From: Phoronis australis
Taxonomy: Eukaryota > Animalia > Phoronida
Assembly: GCA_002633005.1 (NCBI GenBank)
Contig: NMRA01000011.1
Coordinates: 691,370-755,369, forward strand
Length of the DNA: 64,000 nt
Reading direction: 5' to 3'
The notes under the pieces were generated by a model. It searched no databases and was not told the origin of the DNA. It worked only from the letters and a program-made list of their open reading frames with translations. The translations under genes were made by a program, and so were the position numbers. How positions within the stretch are numbered: the first letter of the stretch is position 1; each line of letters starts with the position of its first letter. Shown one piece after another: positions 25,430 through 38,820 of this stretch.

Positions 25430-26717
25430 CAAGGAGTGTAGTAGTCTAGGAGAGTTCACTTGTGAGTTCGCTGTTACCGCTACTACTAGCGCCGCCAAGT
25501 GGTGAACAAGCTACGGTCAACCAGGAAGCGCCAAAACAATGGGGACGGACGCATTTTGCAGTGCGATAAATTGCATGAATTGATCCACGAAAACCCCANN
25601 NNNNNNNNNNNNNNNNNNNNNNNNNNNNNNNNNNNNNNNNNNNNNNNNNNNNNNNNNNNNNNNNNNNNNNNNNNNNNNNNNNNNNNNNNNNNNNNNNNNN
25701 NNNNNNNNNNNNNNNNNNNNNNNNNNNNNNNNNNNNNNNNNNNNNNNNNNNNNNNNNNNNNNNNNNNNNNNNNNNNNNNNNNNNNNNNNNNNNNNNNNNN
25801 NNNNNNNNNNNNNNNNNNNNNNNNNNNNNNNNNNNNNNNNNNNNNNNNNNNNNNNNNNNNNNNNNNNNNNNNNNNNNNNNNNNNNNNNNNNNNNNNNNNN
25901 NNNNNNNNNNNNNNNNNNNNNNNNNNNNNNNNNNNNNNNNNNNNNNNNNNNNNNNNNNNNNNNNNNNNNNNNNNNNNNNNNNNNNNNNNNNNNNNNNNNN
26001 NNNNNNNNNNNNNNNNNNNNNNNNNNNNNNNNNNNNNNNNNNNNNNNNNNNNNNNNNNNNNNNNNNNNNNNNNNNNNNNNNNNNNNNNNNNNNNNNNNNN
26101 NNNNNNNNNNNNNNNNNNNNNNNNNNNNNNNNNNNNNNNNNNNNNNNNNNNNNNNNNNNNNNNNNNNNNNNNNNNNNNNNNNNNNNNNNNNNNNNNNNNN
26201 NNNNNNNNNNNNNNNNNNNNNNNNNNNNNNNNNNNNNNNNNNNNNNNNNNNNNNNNNNNNNNNNNNNNNNNNNNNNNNNNNNNNNNNNNNNNNNNNNNNN
26301 NNNNNNNNNNNNNNNNNNCAAATTTTATTGTCCATGGAGGTATGAACTGTTATAAGGAAAGATAATTTGCCTTGTTAAGAACTCAAACATGAAACAAAAC
26401 CGTGATAGATTTTGAAGGGAGCTTCAAAAGAATAAAAACAAATACACTTTAATATTGATTAAAATACACATTTTCATTCTCATTCGATTATAAGTGGATG
26501 TTAGTTTACGTATTCTAACCATTTTCAATCACACAGTAATTTTATTGCACGTTGAACGTCATTTAAGTATGAATTCATCAGTGTTTACATTGTTCGGACT
26601 GCGCTCCTAAGTAAGTATTGATTATTCACCGCTTGGAGCGCTAGTGTTTCGACCGGTAACCATTGCGGCGAATGGTAAAATGGCGGAGTGAACTCTCCTA
26701 TACTCGTACACTCCTTG
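25430..26717 (+). mobile_element. P-superfamily-like element spanning an assembly gap
   Basis: Terminal inverted repeats (TIRs) CAAGGAGTGTA...TACACTCCTTG with a 7 bp TSD GTGCAAT (25423-25429 / 26718-26724), subterminal inverted TAGGAGAGTTCAC, and a THAP-like start MGTDAFCSAINCMN at 25539. Confidence 0.8.
25599..26318. other. Assembly gap
   Basis: Run of n. Confidence 0.99.
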
Positions 26718-28699
26718 GTGCAATCAAGTAGCGTTTTTCATATTGTCGGAATAAGAAATTTTAGAGTGAAATGTCGGGTCACCAGGGATACTTGTTTGAG
26801 CCGAGAAAACACAAAGTGATAACCAGTCATCGTCATCGTCAGAGGTGCCATTTGCTAAAAATTTGAGACGTCTTTCGGGACATGATGACAGCTTCGCAGC
26901 ACCAAGGTTGTTCTAAAATTCGGTTTGCTGGTATAGAAATACTAAAAACTTGTAACAAAATGAAACACGTTCCGATAATTTATATAACATGTACGCAACG
27001 CAGGTAGCGTCAGCGACGAACACTTGATAAAAGAATCGGCGGAAAAGAAACTGGTAAAGGTCAGGTGACGTAATCGCAAAAAGCCGACTCAAGAGAACAC
27101 ATCACAATTTTAGCAGCAGCCGAAGAACGATCGCTAACTTTTCCAACACCGGTAAATACAGAAGTTAGTTTACTCTAGAAACCTGGTTCCTATGTTTACT
27201 CGAGGATGAGATTAGTTTTAATGACATTAATTTTGAGTCTGATTTTATTTGTCCATTTTTTACCCATATCACCTCAAACCTGCAGACATATATTTAGGAT
27301 ACAGCTTTGGGCCAAGTCTTGGGTAACCCGGCGATGGTATGCGATGACCATCCCTTTAGAAGACACCTGTTTCGAAGAGATTGAGCAACCAAGTGCCATA
27401 CAAAAAGGCATAGAGAACCTATTACAGCACTGTGGCAAACAATAAAAAATAAGGACGATTGATACAACGATAATTTACGATGTCACCTCTTCAAAATATG
27501 ACATAAGCAATGAATGTGTAAAGCAGCCGATACCCCGCCTTCACGTCACTGACACATCAGCCAATCAGCGATCGCTTTCAGAAGTCAGTGTTTTAACCAT
27601 GAATACAAATCGGCTTTTGTTTGGCACACAAGTCAGGCAAAGGTGCGTTTTATTTGTATGTTAGAACCGATTAACTGCAACATTATTATGAATACAGTCC
27701 CCTTCTAAGTCGTTGTTTACGCGAGTTTGGTTCACGTTAGATATCATAAAACTTATTTTTTTGACCGTGGCAACTGCCACGAACAAATGTGCTGCAAAAA
27801 TGGCGGCCTACAAATCAAAAACGCGAGTATGTATAATTATTGGTAAAAAGTCTATGTATATTTACTGTCATGACTTATTCGGCCTAGTTTCTAGTTTTTT
27901 ATATTGATAAAAGTTCATTTGAGAGTCATTTAATTATCAAATGTGACTAGTTTATCAAAAAATATGCAATTTCCACTTTCCGATTATTTTTTGTTTTACC
28001 CACGTATGACGTCAGTTGTTTAGGGAAGCCCTTTTGACGGATATTCCGATGTTTATACTATCAATTAACGGCGTATCAATTCTTAATTTACAGCCCGCAT
28101 TTAGAGAAACCGTTCAAGTTCCAGAAAATGTTATGTTGTTTTTCCCTCCGTCTATCACATGTATCCAGGGTCCCAATTAAACTGAGGAATATAACTGATT
28201 AAAGCGGTTTAGCCCGAAATTCAGTCACAAACCCATTTTTGATTACCACTTAGTCCACTCGCAAAAATATTCCGAGGTAAAAACGGATGTGATTTTTACA
28301 GTTAAAAAATAAACCCTTTGTTAGGCTTGGCACAAGGCTCGGCTGAAGTTGAGACCGTGTGCCGTGTTTTATTACAAAATCCCTTCTTTACTTGATTAAG
28401 GGACAAAATGTATTGATTTTATAGCAGTAAGTTACCTACATCCAAATTTAATAATTGCGACATAAACTTAACTACAATTTACCTCCCCTTTTGATGGTTT
28501 TCGTGGGTGTACGTTATATCTCCTTACTTCGTGGTAAGATCTCTATTAGAAGCCATGGACACAGGTGAGTATGCAGGTATGTCAGAGTTAGAGAAGATCA
28601 AAGCTTTTGAGGTAAGCATATCAACGCTTCATAGTTCAGCGATTATTCCTGCACATAAACGGATAAGGAAGTACATACACTCCTCGAAAGAACACGAAT

Positions 28700-31600
28700 C
28701 AGTCAGTTGAAAAATGATTTATCTCAATGCACCCAGCGGCAAAGCAAGACGACTAGGGCTGAATTTCTGTCGCTTACCAAGTCCAACGACGAGCTCAAAA
28801 AAGATCTACGGCGCGTCAAAAGAATGAGGAACTACTACGAAGAACAGAACGCCTCTTCGCGACAGGAGAACGACATCCTTCAGCAACGCCTTGTTTTGCA
28901 AACCAGGGACGGATTCGACCAGGAACGTGCTGCTGAGCATGCTCAGTGGAAGGAGAAGGAGCATGCCCTTCACAAAAACATCAAACAAGTAAGCAACAAA
29001 ATAAATTGAAAAAGGCTAACTATGACATTTGTTCCAAGAAAATTGCTGAACTGCAGGATAACATCAAATATTGGCAACTTGCCGCCACTCAGTACGAATA
29101 CCAAATACGCACTTTCATCAGAGACCGGCAATTCATCACCTTCAAGGACGGACGGTACAGCGATAAGATCAGACTGCTGTACATGGAGCTCATGTCCATG
29201 CAAGTCAACTCGCGCAACGTTGAAAGAATCATCAAGTGAGTTTACAATTGTTACATTTCGTTAGAACTTTTAGAAAGCAATTTTGAAATTATTAGTTCGT
29301 GCACATAAAACCGGAAATACCTGATTAAGCTACTTATGTTTTTTAACGACAATATAGCAGGACTTTCCAGTACTTGATGAAATTGACATTTACTTTATGT
29401 TATGACATACACACAAAATTTCTGTATAAATAACTATGCAATGATAATAAGTTGATTGTTTACTCTTACAGAACAGTACTGAGCACGGTGACAGAGAAGA
29501 CGTCCGTCGGACTACCTCGAGAGTCCTTCGCTCGCTACATGCTTCTTGAAGCGCTGTCCTTGGCTATTCCGCATCTTCAGATAGAGCTCCAGTCAGAGCA
29601 GTCATCCTTGGTGTATATGGAACCTCTAAGATTGGTCATCACTATGGCCAGGAAGAGATAACCAGGTTATCTGTTCCTGCTGTGGCACTGGAGCCACATC
29701 GTTTTCGAACGGTCAGACGATGAGGCTATGACTGCGTGACATGGGCTGTTGTGATGCTGAAGCTTACCTTGCGAACACCCAAGGCATGCTCACCCAGGTG
29801 TCTCGTGAAGCTGCTCTCACCGACTCGTTCCTTAAGAAGACAGTGGCAAAGATGTACAAAACCATGACTGACATGGCCAGCACCTGCAAGAAACTGAACG
29901 GTTTTTTACACAAGTGGAGAGCTGAACTCATTCCTGATGTTGTATCGCATTGGGATGAGTTGAGTGATCCTGAGCAACAAAAACTACTATCTATGAACAA
30001 TTTCTGGTGTTGCCTTCACTATCTTGTAGGTTTGGCTTATCAAGCTTATAAGACCTTGGCTTCCTGGGAGAACATCTTGCATAGTGGTAGGACAACTGGG
30101 TCACCTTCACTCCCAGGGGGATACGCCAAACCCGGAAAACAACTCGTCTAGTGCGCGCCGTTTGCAAAGCTGTCCAGGACCGTGGCTGTGAAAGATCTGG
30201 CAAGCTGGTACAGTTTAGGGAGTACATCCAGGAGGAAACTTTGGTTGATACGGTTCCTCTGAAGCCCTTCAAAGGTAACCGTTTCAACATATTGTTTGAG
30301 AATGTGGCTGGCACTTTTTACCTTTTTGAAGACCTTAAAATCTTCTTCGAAAGGGTGAAAAGTGAAAACCGCGTCCTTGGAGCTGTGAATGCAGACTTAA
30401 ATGTGGATTTTTTCAGGAGTGGCACACAAGCTCTCGGGTTGATTTCCAAAATTGTCACTGAGCTCCTGCGGAGGAAGTTGGAGATGGCAAACCATATAAA
30501 CGAAGTTACACCAGTGCTCCAGCAGTTGAATGAAAGGTTTCGGGTGTGCTCTTTGGATGTTTCGAGTCTGAGACAACCAAGAACCAGTTGATCAACCAGC
30601 GCCTTCTGAAGGACCACTTGGATGGAAGGAAATTTGCTGTTTGGACGGAAGAGATGCAGATGGAGACCACGTCTGTGCCGATCACCAACAAGGGCCCTGA
30701 GCAGATGTTCGGTCAGTTTGATCGAATAATCTGGCTTAAGCCTTCAGCTACAACCCTTGTTGTAGAAGCCATCGCCATGTAGAACAAGAATAAGCCGATT
30801 TACTGGATAGACAGTGAGTCTCCAGACATGAGAGGTTTATATTGAGCATGCACGGTTTTCCGTGAGGCGTAAGAAGGAAGAGTTTAAGGTACAGTGTTAA
30901 CTTCTGAAAAATAAAATGAAAAGTGTCTATTAATTGTTAGCTTCTCAAACCTCCAAAATGCACTTAAACCACTTCATAAGTAGGATATCCAGTCTATTCG
31001 GATAATGTTAGTACATTCAAATGGAGTATTTAGAAATAATGAATTTGGGGATATGAAGTTAAGCATAATCATAATCATGCATGGTTTAATAATGTTAGGA
31101 ATATTTTGTAATTGGACATTAAGTGAAGCAGACACAATAATTTTACAAGCTGTAATTGATTGACTTAATTTAAATTGACATATTTTCAGACGCGAAAACC
31201 TGCAGCACAGCGTGAACGTCAACTCTGCCTTGCCTCAAAGCGACAGAAAGCTGCAGACAGGAAACTGGCAGACAGAGTTAGGAGAGAGAAGATGACGAAT
31301 GAACTGCAGTAGGTCGGCAGCCTCATAACATCACCCGAGTCTCATGATACCCATCTGCAGGCAGTTACTGATGCAAGGAAAGGTAAGGTTGTAGTGATAA
31401 ATATTAAGTCTAGAAAGTTTGTGATACAAGAGAATAATGCAAATGGTATTTGGAATCTATTTGCCAGTGGTAAGAAGATGTCCCTTGATGTATTGGTATC
31501 CAATCCGAAATGTGCAATACGTGAAACTCTAGATGAATTTGGTAGCAGTGCAACATCTACTTATTTAGCTACCACAGATTCATCGGTAAATTCTGATATT

Positions 31601-32150
31601 ACTGCCTTAAAACTTCCAATTGCAGGAGATGGTTCTTAAGGAAAAAGAAAAGCTGTCGTCATCCAAACGCCACTGTCCCAAGCAACTTGATGTTCCGTGT
31701 GTGAACGAGCCCTCAGATCCCCTGGGGAAACGTGTTAACCATCTGTGTGTTGATAGTGACGGTGAGAAATGGTATCGTGGTGTCATCACTACTATGTCTG
31801 AAAGGCGATGTAAAACGATGTACACTATACGGTACGATTGTGATCCAGAATCACGTACACACTTCCGCTGCTTGAAGATCTGGAGAAGGGGGATCTAGAA
31901 CTCATTCCACTGGATCCTAAGTGGTTGGTGGGGAAGAGAGTCGACCACCGGTTCAAATGTGCAGAAGATGGTGAGGAGTACTGGTATACTGGGAAAGTCA
32001 TCTCGTACGTCAAGGACTAGGAAACTCACGTGATAGAATACGAGACTGAGGAGAATGGTGAGAATGACGATGAGGATGAAGAGCTAGAAGTGTATGAGGA
32101 ACCTCTCCTGCAGGACTACACAAGTGGTGATATTAGAATTTTGTACCTTT
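28700..32150 (+). pseudogene. Spliced hAT-like DDE transposase pseudogene with C-terminal Spin/Ssty-like Tudor repeats (copy 1)
   Basis: Coiled coil, KDGRYSDKIRLLYMEL, intron 29236-29470, TMTDMAST, CCLH (CxxH), GNRFNILF, PITNKGPEQMF, intron 30889-31189, then two Tudor-like repeats. Frameshifts and stops throughout. Confidence 0.75.
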
Positions 32151-32849
32151 CTGTACAAATTCTCTGACAATAAGGGCCTTGTAAATGCGCTAATAAAGCA
32201 ATGCTGGTTTTGTTTTTGAAGTTCAAATTGAGTATAAGTCCAAACGTTTATGTACACTGAGCATCACTGGACTCGACCTAAGGTAATTTCAATTCCATCA
32301 AGAAATTCAGTAAAGTTTTATTTTGTGAGTTAAAATGTGACCAATGTAAGAGTAAGAATGTGAATGTCTTTTTCATAAGGTAATTAAGTTATTTGTAAAT
32401 TTGTTTGTTGTGAGCTGTGTCAAGGAGAATGTAAACTTTTAAGAAGTATAAATTGTTAATGTTTGTTATTGTTTATTAGAATTTTATTTTTTATTAACTT
32501 ACATGTTATTTAATGCTGATTGTTTACAGCTCGCAACATGCAATTTGTCTTGAAGTTTAAAATAGTTTAAGATGCTCAAGNCTCTTGGGGGTTGAGATGA
32601 TGATTAATGACGCTGGACGCCGAAGACTCTCCAACAGATATGGTGGGGAGGAATGCTGAAAGGCTTTGGAGTTGTCTCCCATTTAAACTTGATGGCAACG
32701 TCCAAGGAGAAGCTTGCACGCAACTAGGCGTTCCAGAGAGAGCGTCTGCATTCGTCGTCTTTGCGTATTCGAACACGCAAGTCGGCTATTCGTACAGTTC
32801 GTATCTTTGGTAAGTGTTTAGTGTTGTTCTCGTTAGTTCTTACCCTAGA

Positions 32850-34275
32850 TCTTCTACCGAAGATACAAGCAAAACAAAGCACTGAGAAACATGGTGATTT
32901 TCTTTCCAAATCGAATATTTCCCAGTAGAGGAAAAAAGATCACGTCGCAAAGGATTGCAGTTTCAGGGAAGATGAACGCCACTTGTCAGAAGAAGGAACA
33001 CATTAAGACCGTCTGTTTGGCAAAAGAGAAAAATACGCCAACATTTACTCGGGCATTTGGGTCTGCAGTCAGTAACATTACAGATCGCGATCCTATTCAA
33101 ATACCATTGCGAATTAATGGAAGAGATTTGTTGTTCGAGGTCGACACGAGATCGGCAGATAATTTCATATCAAAGCAGACTTGGGCAAATTTGGGAAAAC
33201 CAACACTTAAAGCTAGTCACAGCAAATACTTTCAGAAGCGAATGGCCAGCCACTTCCAGTCATAGGAATCTTCAAGGCTGAAGTTTGCATGGATTGTCAG
33301 CGTAAAAACACAGTGGATATTGTTGTCCGCGAAAATGTTTTAATCCTGCAGGTCATTCAGGGATACGCCAACTCAAGACAGACATTACTTCACTTTGCGG
33401 TTTGCAGTTAAAAGAGAAATTCAATGTTCTTCGCTAGCGAATAGAAGTAGATATAAGCCTCCAGAAAGGATGCGAGGAACATTTTAAAGAATTTCCTGAT
33501 CTGCATAAGCCAGACCTTGGTTGTTTGAAGGATTTTGAACAAGAAGTTAAATTCAAGTCAAACGCCGAGCCACAATTTTGCAAGCCTCGTACTGTACCAC
33601 ATGCATTGCTTGAGGACATTATGCTTATAAAGCAGGTATCAAGCGTGGAGTATGGGTGAAATCTCAACTCAGCGATTATGGAACACCCGTTGTTCCTATA
33701 CAGAAACCACATTTGCCTGGACAAAAGAAACGTACAGTGCGTGTTTGTGGTGATTATTCTGTTACCGTAAATTCACAGAGACACATCGACATCCGACACC
33801 TCTTATTGAGGACCTGATGAGAAAACTGAGTGGTAACCATTTCTTTACAAAATTGATTTGTATGATGCTTATAACCGGATTAAATTAGTTCCTGAAAGAC
33901 AAAGACGACTAGCGCTATCTACTCATCAAGGGGTTCGTCTTCAAAAACGCCTAACCTTTGGCATTAGTTCTGCTTTGGGTATTTCCAAAAAATAATGGAA
34001 AAATTATCAGGTGATCTTCGAGGTGTTACATTTTACCTTGATGACATTTTAGTCAGTGGTAAGAATGCTATTGAACACCTAGGTCTCTTGCATGCATTAT
34101 AGCAAAGATTGCAAGATAAAGGAATGCAATGCAGAAAAGAAAAGTGTTGTTTTGCACAACCAACAGTTGGATACATTGGACATTCACTGACGCAAAAGGA
34201 CATATCAAAAGTTTCAAAGGTTGACGTTCTTTTCTTGGTTCGTTGCAATTCTACGGAAAGTTTATTAAAAACGTT
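32850..34275 (+). pseudogene. Second copy of the Gypsy gag end, protease and RT
   Basis: Colinear with 22705-24123 (FEVDTRS, RVCGDY, YLDDI). Confidence 0.85.
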
Positions 34276-35269
34276 GCTTAAGTCGTTGTTTACGCGAGTT
34301 TGGTTCACGTTAGATATCATACAACTTATTTTTTTGATCGTGGCAACTGCCACGAACAAATGTGCTGCAAAAATGGCAGCCTACAAATCAAAAACGCGAG
34401 TATGTATAATTATTGGTAAAAAGTCTATGTATATTTACTGTCAGGCCTTATTCGGCCTAGTTTGTTATTTATATTGATATAAGCTCATTTTAGAGTCATT
34501 TAATTATCAAATGTGACTAGTTTATCAAAATAAAAATTATGCAATTTCCACTTTCCGATTATTTTTTGTTTTACTCACGTATGACGTCAGTTGTTTGGGG
34601 AAGCCCTTTTGACGGATATTCCGATGTTTATACTACCAATTAACGGCGTATCAATTCTTAATTTACTGCTCGCATTTAGAGAAACCGTTCAAGTTCCAGA
34701 AAATGTTATGTTGTTTTTCCCTCCGTCTATCACATGTATCCAGGGTCCCGAATAAACTGAGAAATATAACTGATTAGAGCGGTTTAGCCCAAAATTCAGT
34801 CACAAACCCATTTTTGATTACCAATTAGTCCACTCGCAAAAATATTCCGAGGTAAAACCGGATGTGATTTTCACACTTAAAAATAAACCCTTTGTTAGGC
34901 TTGGCACAAGGCTCGGCTGAAATTGAGACCGTGTGCCGTGTTTTATTACAAAATCCCTTCTTTACCTGATTAAAGGACAAAATGGATTGATTTTCTGGCA
35001 GTAAGTAACCTACAACCAAATTTAATAATTGCGACATAAACTTAACTACAATTGACCTCCCCTTTTGATGGTTTTCGTGGGTGTACGTTATATCTCCTTA
35101 CTTCATGGTAAGATCTCTGTTAGAAGCCATGGACACAGGTGAGTGTGCAGGTACGTCAGAGTTGGAGAAGATCAAAGCTTTTGAGGTAAGCATATCAACG
35201 CTTGAAAGTTCAGCGATTATTTCTGCACATAAACGGATAAGGAAGTACATACACTCCTCGAAAGAACAC

Positions 35270-38200
35270 GAATCAGTCAGTTGAAAAATGCTTTATCTCA
35301 ATGCACCCAGCGGCAAAGCAAGACGACTACGGCTGAACTTCTGTCGCTTACCAAGTCCAACGACGAACTCAAAATAGATCTACGGCGCGTCAAAAGAATG
35401 AAGGACTACTACGAAAAACAGACCGCCTCTTCGCGACAGGAGAACGACATCCTTCAGCAACGCCTTGTTGTTTTGCAAACCAGGAATGGATTCGACCAGG
35501 AACGTGCTGCCGAGCGTGCTCAGTGGAAGGAGAAGGAGCATGCCCTTCACAAAAAAAGATCAAACACGTAAGCAACAAAATAAATTACCAATTGACAAAG
35601 GCTAACATTGACATTTGTTCCAAGAAAATTGCTGAAGTGCAGGGTAACATCAAATATTGGCAACTTGCCGCCACTCAGTACGAATACCAAATAAGCACTT
35701 TCATCAGAGACCGGCAATTCGCCACCTTCAAGGACGGACGCAACAGCGATGAGATCAGACTGCTGTACATGGAGCTCATGTCCATGCAAGTCAGCTCGCG
35801 CAATGTTGAAAGAATCATCAAGTGATATTACAATTGTTACATTTCGTTAGAACTTTTAGAAAGCAATTTTGAAATTATTAGTTCATGCATATATAAATGG
35901 AAACACCTGATTGAGCTACTTTTGTTATATGAACGATAATATAGCAGTACTCTCCTGTACTTGATGAAATTGACGTTTACTTTACGTTTATGACATACAC
36001 ACAAAATTTGTGTATAAATAACTATGCAATGATAATAAGTTGATTGTTTACTCTTACAGAACAGTACTGAGCAGGTTGACAGAGGAGACGTCCGTCAGAC
36101 TAGCTCGAGAGTCCTTCGCTCGCTACATGCTTCTTGAAGCGCTGCCCTGGGCTATTCAGCATCCCCAGATAGAGCTCCAGTCAGAGCAGCCTAATCTCAC
36201 CCTTGGTGTATATGGGACCTCTACGATTGGTCATCACTATGGCACTGGAGCCATATCGTTTTCGAACGGTCAGACGCTGATGCTAGGACTGCGTGACATG
36301 GGCTGCGGTGATGCTGAAGCTTACCTTGCGACCATCCAAGGCATGCTCACCGTGGTGTCTCGTGAAGCTGCTCTCACCGACTCGTTCCTTAAGAAGAGAG
36401 TGGCAAAGATGTACTACACCATGACTGACCAGGCCAGCACCTGCAAGAAACTGAACGGTTTGTTACACAAGTGGAGAGCTGAACTCATTCCTATGTTGTA
36501 TCGCATTGGGATGAGTTGAGTGATCCTGAGCAACAAAAACTACTATCTATGAACAATTTCTGGTGTTGCCTTCACTTGTAGGTTTGGCTGATCAAGCTTA
36601 TAAGACCTTGGCTTCCTGGGAGAACATCATGCATGGTGGTAGGACAACTGGGTTACCTTCACTCCCAGGGGGATACGCCAAACCTGGAGAACAACTCGTC
36701 TAGTGGGCGCCGTTTGCAAAGCTGTCCAGGACCATGGCTGTGAAAGATCTGGCAAGCCGGTACAGTTTAGGGAGTACATCCAGGAGGAAAGTTTGGTTGA
36801 TACGGTTCCTCTGAAGCCCTTCAAAGGTAACCGTTTCAACATTTTGTTTGAGAATGTGGCTGGAACTTTTTACCTTTTTGAAGACCTTAAAATCGTCTTC
36901 GAAAGGGTGGAAAGTGAAAACCGCGTCCTTGGGGCTGTGAATGCAGACTTAAATGTGGATTTTTTTTTCAGTTGTGGCACACAAGCTCTCGGGTTGATTT
37001 CCAAAATTGTCACTGAGCCCCTGTGGGGGAAGTTGGAGATGGCGAGCCATATGAGCGAAGTTACACCAGTGCTCCAGCAGTTGAATGAAAGGTTTCGGGC
37101 GTGGTCTTTGGATGTTTCGAGTCTGCTCCGCGGTGAATTTCCCTTCCCTGAGACAACCAAGAACGATTATCTTCTGACGGCCCTTCTACGAGATGCCGAA
37201 AGCGATGAGCAAACCAAGCAACTGCTGGAGTTAATGTTCACCAGCTTCCAGTTGATCAACCAGCGCCCTCTGAAGGACCACTTGGATGGAGGGAAATTTG
37301 CTACTTGGACGGACGAGATGCGGATGGAGACCACGTCTGTGCCGATCACCAACAAGGCCCTGAGCAGATGTTCGGTCAGCTAGATCCAATAATCTCGCTT
37401 AAGCCTTAGCTACAACCCTTGCTGTAGAAGCCATCGCCATGCAGAACAAGAATAAGCCGATTCACTGGATAGACAGTGAGTCTCCAGACATGAGAGGTTT
37501 ATATTGAGCATGCACGGTTTTCCGTGAGGCGTCAGAAGGAAGAGTTTAAGGTATAGTGTTAACTTCTGAAAAATAAAATGAAAAGTGTCTATTAATTGTT
37601 AACTTCTCAAACCTCCAAAATGCACTTAAACCACTTCATAAGTAGGATATCCAGTCTATTCGGATAATGTTAGTACATTCAAATGGAGTATTTAGAAATA
37701 ATGAATTTGGGGATATGAAGTTAAGCATAATCATAATCATAATCATGCATGGTTTAATAATTTTAGGAATATTTTGTAATTGGACATTAAGTGAAGCAGA
37801 CACAATAATTTTACAAGCTGTAATTGAGTGACTTAATTTAAATTGACATATTTTCAGACGCGAAAACCTGCAGCACGGCGTGAACGTCAACTCTGCCTTG
37901 CCTCAAAGCGACAGAAAGCTGCAGACAGGAAACTGGCAGACAGAGTTAGGAGAGAGAAGATGACGAATGAACTGCAGTAGGTCGGCAGCCTCATAACATC
38001 ACCCGAGTCTGATGATACTCATCTGCAGGGAGTTACTGATGCAAGGAAAGGTAAGGTTGTAGTGATAAATATTAAGTCCAGAAAGTTTGTGATACAAGAG
38101 AATGATGCAAATGGTATTTTGAATCTATTTGCCAGTGGTAAGAAGATGTCCCTTGATGTATTGGTATCCAATCCGAAATGTGCAATCCGTGAAGCTCTAG

Positions 38201-38820
38201 ATGAATTTGATGGCAGTGCAACATCTACTTATTTAGCTACCACAGATTCATCGGTAAATTCTGATATTACTGCCATAAAACTTCCAAATGCAGGAGATGG
38301 TTCTTAAGGAAAAAGAAAAGCTGTCGTCATCCAAACGCCACTGTCCCAAGCAACTTGATGTTCCGTGTGTGAACGAGCCCTCAGATCCCCTGAGGAAACG
38401 TGTTAACCATCTGTGTGTTGATAGTGACGGTGAGAAATGGTATCGTGGTGTCATCACTACTATGTCTGAAAGGCGATGTAAAACGATGTACACTATACGG
38501 TACGATTGTGATCCAGAATCAACGTACACATTTCCGCTGCTTGAAGATCTGAACAAGAGGGATCTAGAGCTCATTCCACTGGATCCTAAGTGGTTAGTGG
38601 GGAAGATAGTCGACCACCGGTTCAAAAGTGCAGAAGATGGTGAGGAGTACCGGTATACTGGGAAAGTCATCTCCTACGTCAACGACTAGGAAACTCACGC
38701 GATAGAATATGAGACTGAGGAGAGTGGGGAGAATGACGATGAGGATGAAGAGCTAGAAGTGTATGAGGAACTTCTCCTACAGGACTACACAAGTGGTGAT
38801 ATTAGAATTTTGTACCTTTC
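35270..38820 (+). pseudogene. Same hAT-like transposase-Tudor pseudogene (copy 2)
   Basis: LTLGVYGTSTIGHHY (probable first catalytic D replaced by Y), TMTDQAST, CCLH, GNRFNILF, and Tudor repeats at 38384-38816. Confidence 0.75.

Noticed and set aside
25446-26365. Long ORFs in the track
   Set aside because: They consist of X residues from the n gap.
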